From IMG/VR virus record IMGVR_UViG_3300042939_000937: DNA of 20,000 nt. One strand, 5' to 3'. The notes beneath the pieces were generated by a model. It saw only the letters and a list, made by a program, of their open reading frames with translations, had not been told where the DNA came from and made no database searches. Positions 1 to 7,842 of the stretch are shown one piece after another. This DNA comes from an uncultured virus (IMG/VR IMGVR_UViG_3300042939_000937) (lineage: Duplodnaviria; Heunggongvirae; Uroviricota; Caudoviricetes). The position numbers were made by a program, and so were the translations under genes. Position 1 is the first letter of the stretch. Each line of letters starts with the position of its first letter.

Positions 1-881
1 GAGAGAACACCGCTACTATTGATGGAGAGGCCAGGGCCAACCTGAACCACTCCCAACGACGAAGTCGTTGCTTTCGGCAACGCCACTCCGGGGAATGTCT
101 GTCCGTTGGCAAACGTAATGATCCCAGTCATCACTCCGCCAGTTTTCGGCAGAGCGGCATTTGCTGTGACTTGGGCGTTGGTACCAGCAAGGAACGCTGT
201 GCGAGCAGCAGTCTGAGTAGCGGCAACGGTGCTATCGTTGATTGCAACCGAGTCCGAAAGTTGGACTAGGCCAGGTGCCAGCAGGGTAGCAACTTTCGCC
301 GCCAGCGTCGCAGGCGTAATTGTCTTTGTGGCATTGGTTCCGGCAATAACTTCGGAACCTGTAGCCAGTTGAGAACCACCAATGTCAGTCGTGGTCGCTT
401 GTGCCAACGAAATGGAACCGCCGACAACGTTGATTCCACCAGAAGGTTGAACAACAACGCCACCCAATTGCGTGGTTGATGCCGGGTTAAGGTTGATGAA
501 TACGTTGGGGCCGGGGCCACCACCGGTCAGTCCCGAACCGGTTGTGATCGAGGAGACGGTACCTGTATTCGGAGGGAGTGCGGAGAGAACCCCATTGGCA
601 TCCACCAAAAGGTTCGCCCCGACTTTGATTCCCCCGAGCGACACGTTCGTGGCGGGGACCAGATTGATCGTTCCGGTGGTTGTAATGGTGCCCCCGGAAA
701 GGCCCACTCCAGCGGTAACTTGAGAAACAGTACCCGCCAATGCGGAGGCGACAACTAGAGTTCCATCGGGGGTTACAGCAACACCGGAACCTAGGACAAG
801 GGAACCGCTGGGCGTAGAGATGCTATAGGTTTGCGGAGAGTAGAAGGGGGAATTCGGAATAGGATCTAGGATCGAAGCCAT
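1..881 (-). CDS. Fibre paralog A, putative phage tail/head fibre (3' end outside window)
   Basis: Missing from the ORF track because it has no stop inside the window. Hand translation from ATG 881 gives MASILDPIPNSPFYSPQTYSISTPSGSLVLGSGVAVTPDG..., open to the edge. It has the family N-terminus, a GTVSQVTAGVGLSGGTITTTGTI stalk repeat and QLATGSEVIAGTNATKTITPA / GLVQLSDS tail-fibre repeats. Confidence 0.85.
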   Translation of the reverse strand, partial: MASILDPIPNSPFYSPQTYSISTPSGSLVLGSGVAVTPDGTLVVASALAGTVSQVTAGVGLSGGTITTTGTINLVPATNVSLGGIKVGANLLVDANGVLSALPPNTGTVSSITTGSGLTGGGPGPNVFINLNPASTTQLGGVVVQPSGGINVVGGSISLAQATTTDIGGSQLATGSEVIAGTNATKTITPATLAAKVATLLAPGLVQLSDSVAINDSTVAATQTAARTAFLAGTNAQVTANAALPKTGGVMTGIITFANGQTFPGVALPKATTSSLGVVQVGPGLSINSSGVL

Positions 882-900
882 CTCTACGACCAACGGGCAA

Positions 901-917
901 TATACATGGTTTTACCC
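901..917 (-). promoter_or_regulatory. Conserved upstream element GGGTAAAACC-atg-TATA (copy 1)
   Basis: 10-mer at 908-917, 26 nt upstream of ATG 881. Positions 900-918 are identical to 6465-6483. Overlaps the TAA stop of the HNH-like ORF. Confidence 0.75.
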
Positions 918-1787
918 TACCTGCCTACGATTCTCTTTGCCGTAAGGGTATCCCCTTCGTTTCTGCATTTGGGCAAGCGTGGGAGCAGAATGCTCCCCGA
1001 GTTCAGGGTGATCCGGATCTATCCACTTTTGGCTGTTAATTGAAGCTACGGTTATTTGACCTCCCTTTTTACAGTTTTCTATCCTCTCCTGCGAGTTTAA
1101 ATAATCCGGCGACAAAATACCTGACTGTCGCTCTGCTGTTTTCTTACCTCCCCGTTCCCCTCCCCGTCTGCAATCCTCTACCCGCTTCTCTGAAAACTTA
1201 TAGTCAGGGTTGTGCATCCCTGCTTGCAATTCCACACATTTTCTCCCAGACTTTCTTTTGTCTTCCCCGCACTTCTCCGAGGACAAATAGTCACTAGATA
1301 AAAAACCCCTCCCTAGTGTTACATTACCTCTACCGCTTACCTTCCCCCCTTTACTTCTGGAGGAGTTAGGGACTTTCTGGGCTGCCTCCGACTGACAGTT
1401 CGGATTCTTTTCTACCCTGGCTTGGAAAGCCCTCTTCTGCGCCTCAATAAACCATCGGTCACAGAGTTCCAGGTACTCGGGATAATGGGCCTCAATCAGA
1501 GCTCGATCTGTTTTACGTCGATAACCGTGGAAGCAAACTTGATCTAAATCCTCGCTCTGCAAGAACCCGTGTACCGCATGGTCTCTCGACCAGAGTCTGG
1601 CGGTTTCTGTTCCGTTACGGCATTCGGGTTCGGGGTAATGCGCATCTTCCCAGTGTTCTCCTTCCGGCAAAGGTTCAAACCGGTACTTAATGAGACACTG
1701 CTCAATCCACTCGTGCTGACACGTAATCATAATACTGTTGGCGGTTGGGAGGGCAAGTGTGTGTCCCGAGCCGCCAAGCCCATTCAC
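912..1787 (-). CDS. Putative free-standing HNH-like (homing) endonuclease with C-terminal basic repeats
   Basis: WEDAHYPEPECRNGTETARLWSRDHAVH resembles the phage HNH pattern ExHHxxPxxxGG...LxxxEHxxxH. Three ~30-aa G-x-x-[SN]-[SP]-D-Y...E....K/R-G/S-G repeats follow. The protein is charge-rich, unlike its neighbours. Start is GTG 1787 or ATG 1730. Confidence 0.6.
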   Translation of the reverse strand: MNGLGGSGHTLALPTANSIMITCQHEWIEQCLIKYRFEPLPEGEHWEDAHYPEPECRNGTETARLWSRDHAVHGFLQSEDLDQVCFHGYRRKTDRALIEAHYPEYLELCDRWFIEAQKRAFQARVEKNPNCQSEAAQKVPNSSRSKGGKVSGRGNVTLGRGFLSSDYLSSEKCGEDKRKSGRKCVELQAGMHNPDYKFSEKRVEDCRRGGERGGKKTAERQSGILSPDYLNSQERIENCKKGGQITVASINSQKWIDPDHPELGEHSAPTLAQMQKRRGYPYGKENRRQVG

Positions 1788-1802
1788 ACACTCACCCGAT
1801 TG

Positions 1803-1830
1803 ATTATACCTTTTCGTTTACGTAGTAAAC
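1803..1830 (-). promoter_or_regulatory. Sigma70-like promoter for the HNH-like gene (GTTTAC-16 nt-TATAAT) with an overlapping inverted repeat
   Basis: The minus strand reads GTTTACtacGTAAACgaaaaggTATAAT. Perfect -10 at 1808-1803 and a 6-bp inverted repeat at 1816-1830. Confidence 0.5.
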
Positions 1831-4800
1831 TACCCGTTGCCTTCGAGTTCTGAGACCTTCCTCTCCAGCTCGTCGATACGGGCGATGGATTCCTTCAGGG
1901 CGGCGGTCAATAGTGGGACAACCATGGAGTAGTCAACACCTTGGTACTTCGGATTACCATCTGCATCAACTTCGTCCTTTTTGCCTGAAACCGCATGAGG
2001 AACAATCTCCTGGAGTTCGTGGGCGAGGAAACCTTGTTGCGTAGAGTCCGGATCTGAGATGAAATTGTACTCCCGAACAGGCAGTGCACGAATAGACTCG
2101 GTGGCTCCGGTGTACTCGGTGACGTTTTCCTTGAGGCGGTAGTCAGAGGTGGTGTTGTAGAGTATACCCGTGTTAGTTGCGTTTGAAGTAACACCCCCGA
2201 TCTGAGTGGCAAAGGCTCGGAAAGTGATGTAACCCTTGTTTATCCCCGTGTAAGTATTACCGAAGGAAAGTAGGGGGCCGTAGACGTTGTCTTGAATAAA
2301 AGCCGTGTCATTGTTTGCAAGAACGGGATTACCCGTTGCAGAGGTTCCTTTAATTACAAATCCCTTATACACGCAAACATTACAGCTGCTGTCGCCGGTG
2401 AGCCAGATACCGGAGCTGGAAAAGCCGATAGCGAGCTGGCAAGAGCCAGTGGGAGAGGCGACTTGGACATTCGGTCCGATAGCGACGTTGTTGTCCCCCG
2501 TTGTAACAGATTGTCCAGCGTTTGCACCAAGGAAAACAGAGCAACATCCAGTAACAGCTCCTCCAGCGAGGGTACCAATAGCAACGTTACCGATTGACGT
2601 GGTAATCGAGCAACCGGCGCTTGCCCCAAGCAGAACATTGCAACCACCAGTAGTAATACTGTCGCCGGCACAGTTACCTAAGATGCTGTTGTTAACACCT
2701 GCGGTGAGATTACATCCCGCCTGATGACCCATGGCAATGTTGCCGGTGCCCGTGAGGTTGCTAAATAAAGCATTGCGACCGACTGCGGTGTTGAATCCTC
2801 CAGTGGTCGCACATACCAGAGCAAAGGAGCCAATAGCGGTATTGTTGGAGGCGCTGGTATTAGACCTCAGTGCGCAGTAACCGACCGCAACGCCGTTGTC
2901 ACCCGTTGTATTTGAACCCAGGGCACAAACACCCATAGCGGTATTCGCCCCAGCAGTGTTAGCCAACAAGGCATTACACCCGATGGCTGTGTTGAGAGCG
3001 GTTGTGCAACCGAGAACGATACCAGCCACGGTGGGAGTTGCTGCCACGGTGCCGGGTACCCAGCAAACAGCATTGGTACCGGTGCTCGCTAGGACTTGAC
3101 CGGCGGTACCACAGGAGTTAGCGCAGTCAATGATTCCAGCACCAGGTTTGATGGCTTTGGTGCTCGTACCGGTTAACCAGTTGCACGCATTAGAAAAACC
3201 AATGGCGAGTTGGCAATCACCTGTCGGTGATGTCACGTTGACATTCGGTCCGAGCGCTACGTTCCGGGTGCCGGTTGTGAGTAGTCCGTTAGCAAGAGTA
3301 CCAACAGCAACGTTGTAGTCCCCAGCTGTTGTCGAGAAAAGGGTTAGGGCACCTATGCCAACGTTGAAATTGCCTGTTGTATTCAAACACATTGCTTCGC
3401 AACCAACTGCGGTGTTACCTGTGCCTGACGCCGCCAAAGCAGCGTTGCAACCGAGTGAGGTGTTGGTAGCGGTTGTACAACCAAGGACAATGCCCGAAGC
3501 AATCGGAGTGGCTGCCACGATGCCGGGCACCCAGCAAAGTCCTGTAGTTGCTGTAGAGCAAGCTGCGAGGATCTGACCATTCGTCCCAACGCCGAGAGAA
3601 GCTGGCGTATTAGCTGCGGTGCCAGTGACGAGTGTGCCCTTGGCAGTAACGCAAGCCTTGGGAATATAGGCGGATGCAGCAGCGGCGGGAGTGAGTGCGG
3701 TGAGAGTGTCAACGCCAGCTTGTGCCAATGCGTCGGTTGAGAGGCAAACGGTACCAGCGGAAGTTGTTGTAGCGTAGGGAATAGCGGGAACAGTCAGCCA
3801 GCACAGGCCGGTTGCAGCAGTGGAGCAAGCCACCAAGTACTGGCCATCGGTGCCAACCGGGAGGGCAACCGGAGTATTCGCCCCAGTGGCTGCCAGAAGA
3901 GCGCCTTTAGCAGTGTAGTTAGCCAAGGGGACGTAGGTAGCGGCAGCCCCAGCGGGAGTAACCGCGAGAGTACCGTCGGTACCAGTTTGAGTCTCCAGGG
4001 AAGTGGCCAGTTCAACAACACCTGCAGTGCTTGTGCTTGCTACGGGGAGGTCGAAACCAACATTCAAAAACGTCCAAGAATAGACGCCAACGGAAACTTC
4101 GGACACAAGGAACCAGTCACCGCGAGTGGCGACGGTTGCAGAACCACCAGGAGGTGTAAGGGTTCCAGGCGTCGTAACGATGACGTAGGTATCTACAGTG
4201 GTAGCATCAGCAGCAGGAAGGACAGAACCGGCAGTGTATCCGGCAGCAGCACCGGCAGAGGTCACACTGGCAACCAACCCTGTGGCAGCGTCGATGGTGC
4301 CAGCAAGTTCGATGTTGGGTGTTAAAAGAAGGGAGTTGATTTGGTCCTGGAGCAGTTTTCCCTGGTTCGCTGTCAGTGCTTGAGTTGTGGAAGTGCTGGT
4401 AACAGTGTCGTTGAGTTGAACAGCGCCGGAAGCAGTTGTGGAGCTAGCAGCAATGCTCACGACCGGAGTAGCACCAGCAGTGACACTAATCGGTGCGGTG
4501 CCAGTGACAGCGGTGACGGGGGCCACACCGTCCGCGGCAGCAGTCAAGCGACCTTGGGCGTCAACAGTGAAGGAACCGTAAGTATAAGAACCAGCGGTAA
4601 CTGCGGTGTCGGCAAGAGCGACTGTACCTGCGACAGTAATCGGGCCACCAGTCAAACCCGTTCCGGTTGCCACATTAGTCACTGTGCCGCCAGTCGGAGG
4701 AGGACCGGAAGTTGCAGCCGTGATACGACCTTGCTGGTCGACGGTAATATTGGCGAGCGTATAAGAGCCGGGGGCAACCGTAGTATCAGCCAGGGAGATT

Positions 4801-6443
4801 GTGCCGGTTGCGGTGATTGGGCCACCAGTCAAACCAGTGCCAGTTGCCACGTTAGTCACCGTACCGCCAGTCGGAGGCGCACCTGAAGTTGCAGCCGTGA
4901 TGCGGCCTTGCTGATCGACGGTGATATTGGCGAGCGTATAGGAGCCGGGGGTAACCGCAGTATTAGCCAGACCAATAACGGGAGCGGCAGCACTTCCAGA
5001 GTTTGTGATTGGGGCAGTTACGGTTGTGTTCGGGGCTGCACCGGAAGAAGCGGCAGTAAGTCGGCCTTGGGCGTCAACTGTAAGTGAAGCATTGGTATAA
5101 GACCCCGGAGCAACCGTAGTATTAGCCAGAGCGATAGTACCAGTCGAAGTGATAGGGCCACCCGTCAGACCCGTCCCCGTGGCCACGTTGGTAACTGTTC
5201 CACCGGGAGGGGGAGTGCCGGAAGCAGCAGCTGTGATGCGACCTTGGGCGTCAACGGTAATGTTGGCCAGTACGTAGTTACCCGGCGCAACTCCAGTGTT
5301 AGTCAGCGCAATCGTACCGCTCGAAGAAATCGGGCCGCCGGTCAAACCAGCCCCAGTCGCCACATTAGTTACCGTGCCGCCGCTTGAAGTGCCCCAAGCA
5401 AGACCTGAGGCGCAAGCCGCACAGGCACGCAGAACTTGGCCGTCTGTACCCACTGGAAGGGCAACCGGAATGCCAGCACCGGTACCAGTAATCAAGGCGC
5501 CTTTGCCAGTGATGCAAGCGCAGGGGATTCGCTGGTTCGCCGCGAGGGCCGCAGCATTAGCGGTGGCGTCGGCAGTGTTTGCGGTGGTGAGAGCTGTGGC
5601 CGCGTTGGCGTTGGCTGTGGTTGCACAAGACAGGGCCGCAGAAGCATTCGTGTTGGCGGTAGTTGCCAGGATCTGTGCGCTACTCGCAGCGTTTGAGGCA
5701 TTGAGGGCCGAAGTTAGCGCATTGGTTGCGTCGGTGGCTGCTTGACTCGCCAGGTCGTAAGCGACCTTAACGGTGCGAGGTGTTGCAGCCTGTGCTGTCG
5801 AAGTGCTGGTGACAGTGTCGTTGAGTTGGACCGCACCGGCCTGAGTCGTAGAGGAGGCAGCGATGGAGACTGTCTGCGGGAAGGTTGAGGTGACAGCGAG
5901 AGGTGCTGTGGCCAAAATGCCACCGCCGAACGAACCACCAGGAGTGGCAAGGGTGATGCGCCCGTAGGTGTCAACCGTGATGGTTGGGTTGGAGTAGACG
6001 CCAGGGGCAACGCCGGATGGCGAGAGTTGGATGGTACCGCTGGTCGTGATGGGACCGCCCTGAAGACCAGGACCGGTAGCAACCGAAGTGACTGTGCCAG
6101 CCGCAGAAGTGGCAGGCAGCGTGTTGGTAATGGTAAAGGAGCCACTGACCCCAGGCGTGATACTAATGCCAGGACCAGCGTTCAGAGAAACGACGCCGGT
6201 ATTGGTGACGGTGACGACACCGCCGACATTGGCGGACGCAAAGATGCCGGGGCCAGGCAGAATGGTCGAGACCACGGGGCCACCGCTACCGCCAGCACTG
6301 ATTGTGCCGGAGCTGTAATCGACGAAGAGGCCACCGCCGACGATTAGGGGACCCAGAGGGCCAAGGATGTAGAATCCTTCAGGATAGAAGAATGGGCCGT
6401 TAGGGATTGGGTTCAGATTATCGGGGGAAACCGGAAGTGCCAT
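1830..6443 (-). CDS. Fibre paralog C (1537 aa), long tail-fibre-like protein with C-terminal Peptidase S74 chaperone
   Basis: Family N-terminus; ASSTTQAGAVQLNDTVTSTSTAQAATPRTVKVAYDLA (Phage_fiber_2-type repeat); Ala/Asn coiled coil; multiple GTVTNVATGxGLTGGPIT...TVDxQGRITAA repeats; NTAxGxxAL repeats; TSDYRLKEN...GFLAHE...VDYSMVVPLLTAALKE C-terminus. Confidence 0.9.
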   Translation of the reverse strand: MALPVSPDNLNPIPNGPFFYPEGFYILGPLGPLIVGGGLFVDYSSGTISAGGSGGPVVSTILPGPGIFASANVGGVVTVTNTGVVSLNAGPGISITPGVSGSFTITNTLPATSAAGTVTSVATGPGLQGGPITTSGTIQLSPSGVAPGVYSNPTITVDTYGRITLATPGGSFGGGILATAPLAVTSTFPQTVSIAASSTTQAGAVQLNDTVTSTSTAQAATPRTVKVAYDLASQAATDATNALTSALNASNAASSAQILATTANTNASAALSCATTANANAATALTTANTADATANAAALAANQRIPCACITGKGALITGTGAGIPVALPVGTDGQVLRACAACASGLAWGTSSGGTVTNVATGAGLTGGPISSSGTIALTNTGVAPGNYVLANITVDAQGRITAAASGTPPPGGTVTNVATGTGLTGGPITSTGTIALANTTVAPGSYTNASLTVDAQGRLTAASSGAAPNTTVTAPITNSGSAAAPVIGLANTAVTPGSYTLANITVDQQGRITAATSGAPPTGGTVTNVATGTGLTGGPITATGTISLADTTVAPGSYTLANITVDQQGRITAATSGPPPTGGTVTNVATGTGLTGGPITVAGTVALADTAVTAGSYTYGSFTVDAQGRLTAAADGVAPVTAVTGTAPISVTAGATPVVSIAASSTTASGAVQLNDTVTSTSTTQALTANQGKLLQDQINSLLLTPNIELAGTIDAATGLVASVTSAGAAAGYTAGSVLPAADATTVDTYVIVTTPGTLTPPGGSATVATRGDWFLVSEVSVGVYSWTFLNVGFDLPVASTSTAGVVELATSLETQTGTDGTLAVTPAGAAATYVPLANYTAKGALLAATGANTPVALPVGTDGQYLVACSTAATGLCWLTVPAIPYATTTSAGTVCLSTDALAQAGVDTLTALTPAAAASAYIPKACVTAKGTLVTGTAANTPASLGVGTNGQILAACSTATTGLCWVPGIVAATPIASGIVLGCTTATNTSLGCNAALAASGTGNTAVGCEAMCLNTTGNFNVGIGALTLFSTTAGDYNVAVGTLANGLLTTGTRNVALGPNVNVTSPTGDCQLAIGFSNACNWLTGTSTKAIKPGAGIIDCANSCGTAGQVLASTGTNAVCWVPGTVAATPTVAGIVLGCTTALNTAIGCNALLANTAGANTAMGVCALGSNTTGDNGVAVGYCALRSNTSASNNTAIGSFALVCATTGGFNTAVGRNALFSNLTGTGNIAMGHQAGCNLTAGVNNSILGNCAGDSITTGGCNVLLGASAGCSITTSIGNVAIGTLAGGAVTGCCSVFLGANAGQSVTTGDNNVAIGPNVQVASPTGSCQLAIGFSSSGIWLTGDSSCNVCVYKGFVIKGTSATGNPVLANNDTAFIQDNVYGPLLSFGNTYTGINKGYITFRAFATQIGGVTSNATNTGILYNTTSDYRLKENVTEYTGATESIRALPVREYNFISDPDSTQQGFLAHELQEIVPHAVSGKKDEVDADGNPKYQGVDYSMVVPLLTAALKESIARIDELERKVSELEGNG
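1833..2147 (-). other. Peptidase S74 intramolecular chaperone / autocleavage domain
   Basis: S-D-Y-R-L-K motif (Ser codon 2147-2145), GFLAHEL and a terminal coiled coil. Confidence 0.88.
4500..5380 (-). repeat. Tandem ~59-aa stalk repeats in paralog C
   Basis: GGTVTNVATGxGLTGGPI..GTIxLxxTxVxPGxYTxAxxTVDxQGRxTAAxSG recurs. The copies at ~4642 and ~4819 are 177 bp apart and differ mostly at synonymous positions. Confidence 0.85.
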
Positions 6444-6465
6444 CTTTACTTCTCTGACGCAGGCA

Positions 6466-6482
6466 TATACATGGTTTTACCC
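6466..6482 (-). promoter_or_regulatory. Conserved upstream element GGGTAAAACC-atg-TATA (copy 2)
   Basis: 10-mer at 6473-6482, 29 nt upstream of ATG 6443. Confidence 0.75.
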
Positions 6483-6498
6483 TGCCGTTGTACGTGAC

Positions 6499-7785
6499 TT
6501 ATGCGCCGACCGGTGTCACAGTGATGACAGCGGAAGGAATGTCGGGACCTCCGAATAAAGAGGTCGCTCCGTACAGAATATTGGACGTATCGTCAGTGGC
6601 CCAGTAGAGTTCGAGGTATTGGCCAGCCGTTAGAGTAACGATGTAGTTCAGTGCTGCACACTCGGCCTCGTTGGTGTTCTTGACGGAGAAGCGAGTATTG
6701 GAGTTAGGGATGGGGGTTCCGTTGATAGCAGGCCAGACTTCGTAGTCACCGCCACCGCCAGGAGTTACAAGCAGTTGAAGAGAAAACTGCACATTGTAAG
6801 TGCCCGCAGCAGCAGCTGTGACACGTGAGTTGCTCACGACGGAGAAGTTATTTGCGCTATCCAGAGTCAGGAACTGGACGGGCTGGGGGGTACTAACAGT
6901 GGCAAGAGTTTGCGTAGTGCTCGTGTAAAACGACCCGTAGTTGGGTGTGGCGGGAACGACGCCAGCGGCGGCCCACTTGAGCCCGGTAGCACAAGCCGAG
7001 TCGGCAGTAAGGACCTGGCCGTTTGTACCCACCGGCAGGGCAGTAGGGATGGATGCCCCTGTGCCGGAGACGAGGGCGCCTTTGCCAGTGATGCAAGACT
7101 TAGGGATTGCCGCAACCGCAGCGTCGAAGGCAGTTTTTACAGCGTTGGAAGTGGCGGCCTGAGTGATTGAGGTATCGCTTACAGAGTTAGACAGTTGCAC
7201 CGCACCCGCTTGTGTGACGGATGCGGCATTGATTGAGACGGTGGAGGTTGACCCAACCGTGGAAACGTTAATGGGAGAAGTTCCGACAACAGAGCCAATG
7301 GCGGTTCCGTTACTCGCCCCTGTGATGCGACCTTGGGCATCGACAATGATGCTTGGGTTGGTGTACGTGCCAGGAGTGACGGCAGTGTTTGCGAGTGCGA
7401 TTGTGCCTGAGACAGTAATCGGGCCACCTGTCAAACCTGCCCCGGTTGAGACCGTGGTGACAGTTCCGAGGGCGATTGCAGACAGAGTTACGGTGCCGGT
7501 ACCGGCAGAGGCTGAGATTCCGGGGCCAGGTACAATGCTTGTAACGCCCGTGTTTGAAACTGTGACGTTACCGGTTGGGCCGGACAATCCGATGCCAAGC
7601 CCCGCGATGAGGGTGTTTACACCGCCGCCTCCGCCAGTGGCGGAGATGACACCGTTTTGATCAACCGAGATGCCCGCCCCCACGATGAGTGGGTTGTAGG
7701 CACCCTGGATGATGTACGTCGTCGGCGAGTAGAAGGGGTCGTTTGGAATCGGTTGGTTTGGATTAAATGAGATAGGCAACGCCAT
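6499..7785 (-). CDS. Fibre paralog D (428 aa), short fibre with BclA/C1q-like C-terminal head
   Basis: Family N-terminus, one stalk repeat, ASVTQAGAVQLSNS..AATSNAVKTAFD repeat and one KGAL..VGTNGQVLTADSACATGLKW module. The C-terminal YGSFY...AAGTYNVQFSLQL...LTAGQYLELYW (~6499-6942) looks like a TNF/C1q-type jelly roll. Confidence 0.85.
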   Translation of the reverse strand: MALPISFNPNQPIPNDPFYSPTTYIIQGAYNPLIVGAGISVDQNGVISATGGGGGVNTLIAGLGIGLSGPTGNVTVSNTGVTSIVPGPGISASAGTGTVTLSAIALGTVTTVSTGAGLTGGPITVSGTIALANTAVTPGTYTNPSIIVDAQGRITGASNGTAIGSVVGTSPINVSTVGSTSTVSINAASVTQAGAVQLSNSVSDTSITQAATSNAVKTAFDAAVAAIPKSCITGKGALVSGTGASIPTALPVGTNGQVLTADSACATGLKWAAAGVVPATPNYGSFYTSTTQTLATVSTPQPVQFLTLDSANNFSVVSNSRVTAAAAGTYNVQFSLQLLVTPGGGGDYEVWPAINGTPIPNSNTRFSVKNTNEAECAALNYIVTLTAGQYLELYWATDDTSNILYGATSLFGGPDIPSAVITVTPVGA

Positions 7786-7804
7786 GAATCAACCGCTGTC
7801 TCTG

Positions 7805-7821
7805 TATGAGTGGTTTTACCC
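7805..7821 (-). promoter_or_regulatory. Conserved upstream element GGGTAAAACC-act-CATA (copy 3)
   Basis: 10-mer at 7812-7821, 26 nt upstream of ATG 7785. Confidence 0.75.
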
Positions 7822-7842
7822 CTTGTTGAGTGTTTCGACAGG

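Noticed and set aside
912..1829. Group I intron or IS element around the HNH-like ORF
   Set aside because: The ORF lies between two complete gene ends with under 100 nt of non-coding flank. There is no room for a ribozyme core, no terminal inverted repeats and no transposase motif.
1822..1833. NtcA box
   Set aside because: The spacing is GTA-N6-TAC, not the required GTA-N8-TAC.
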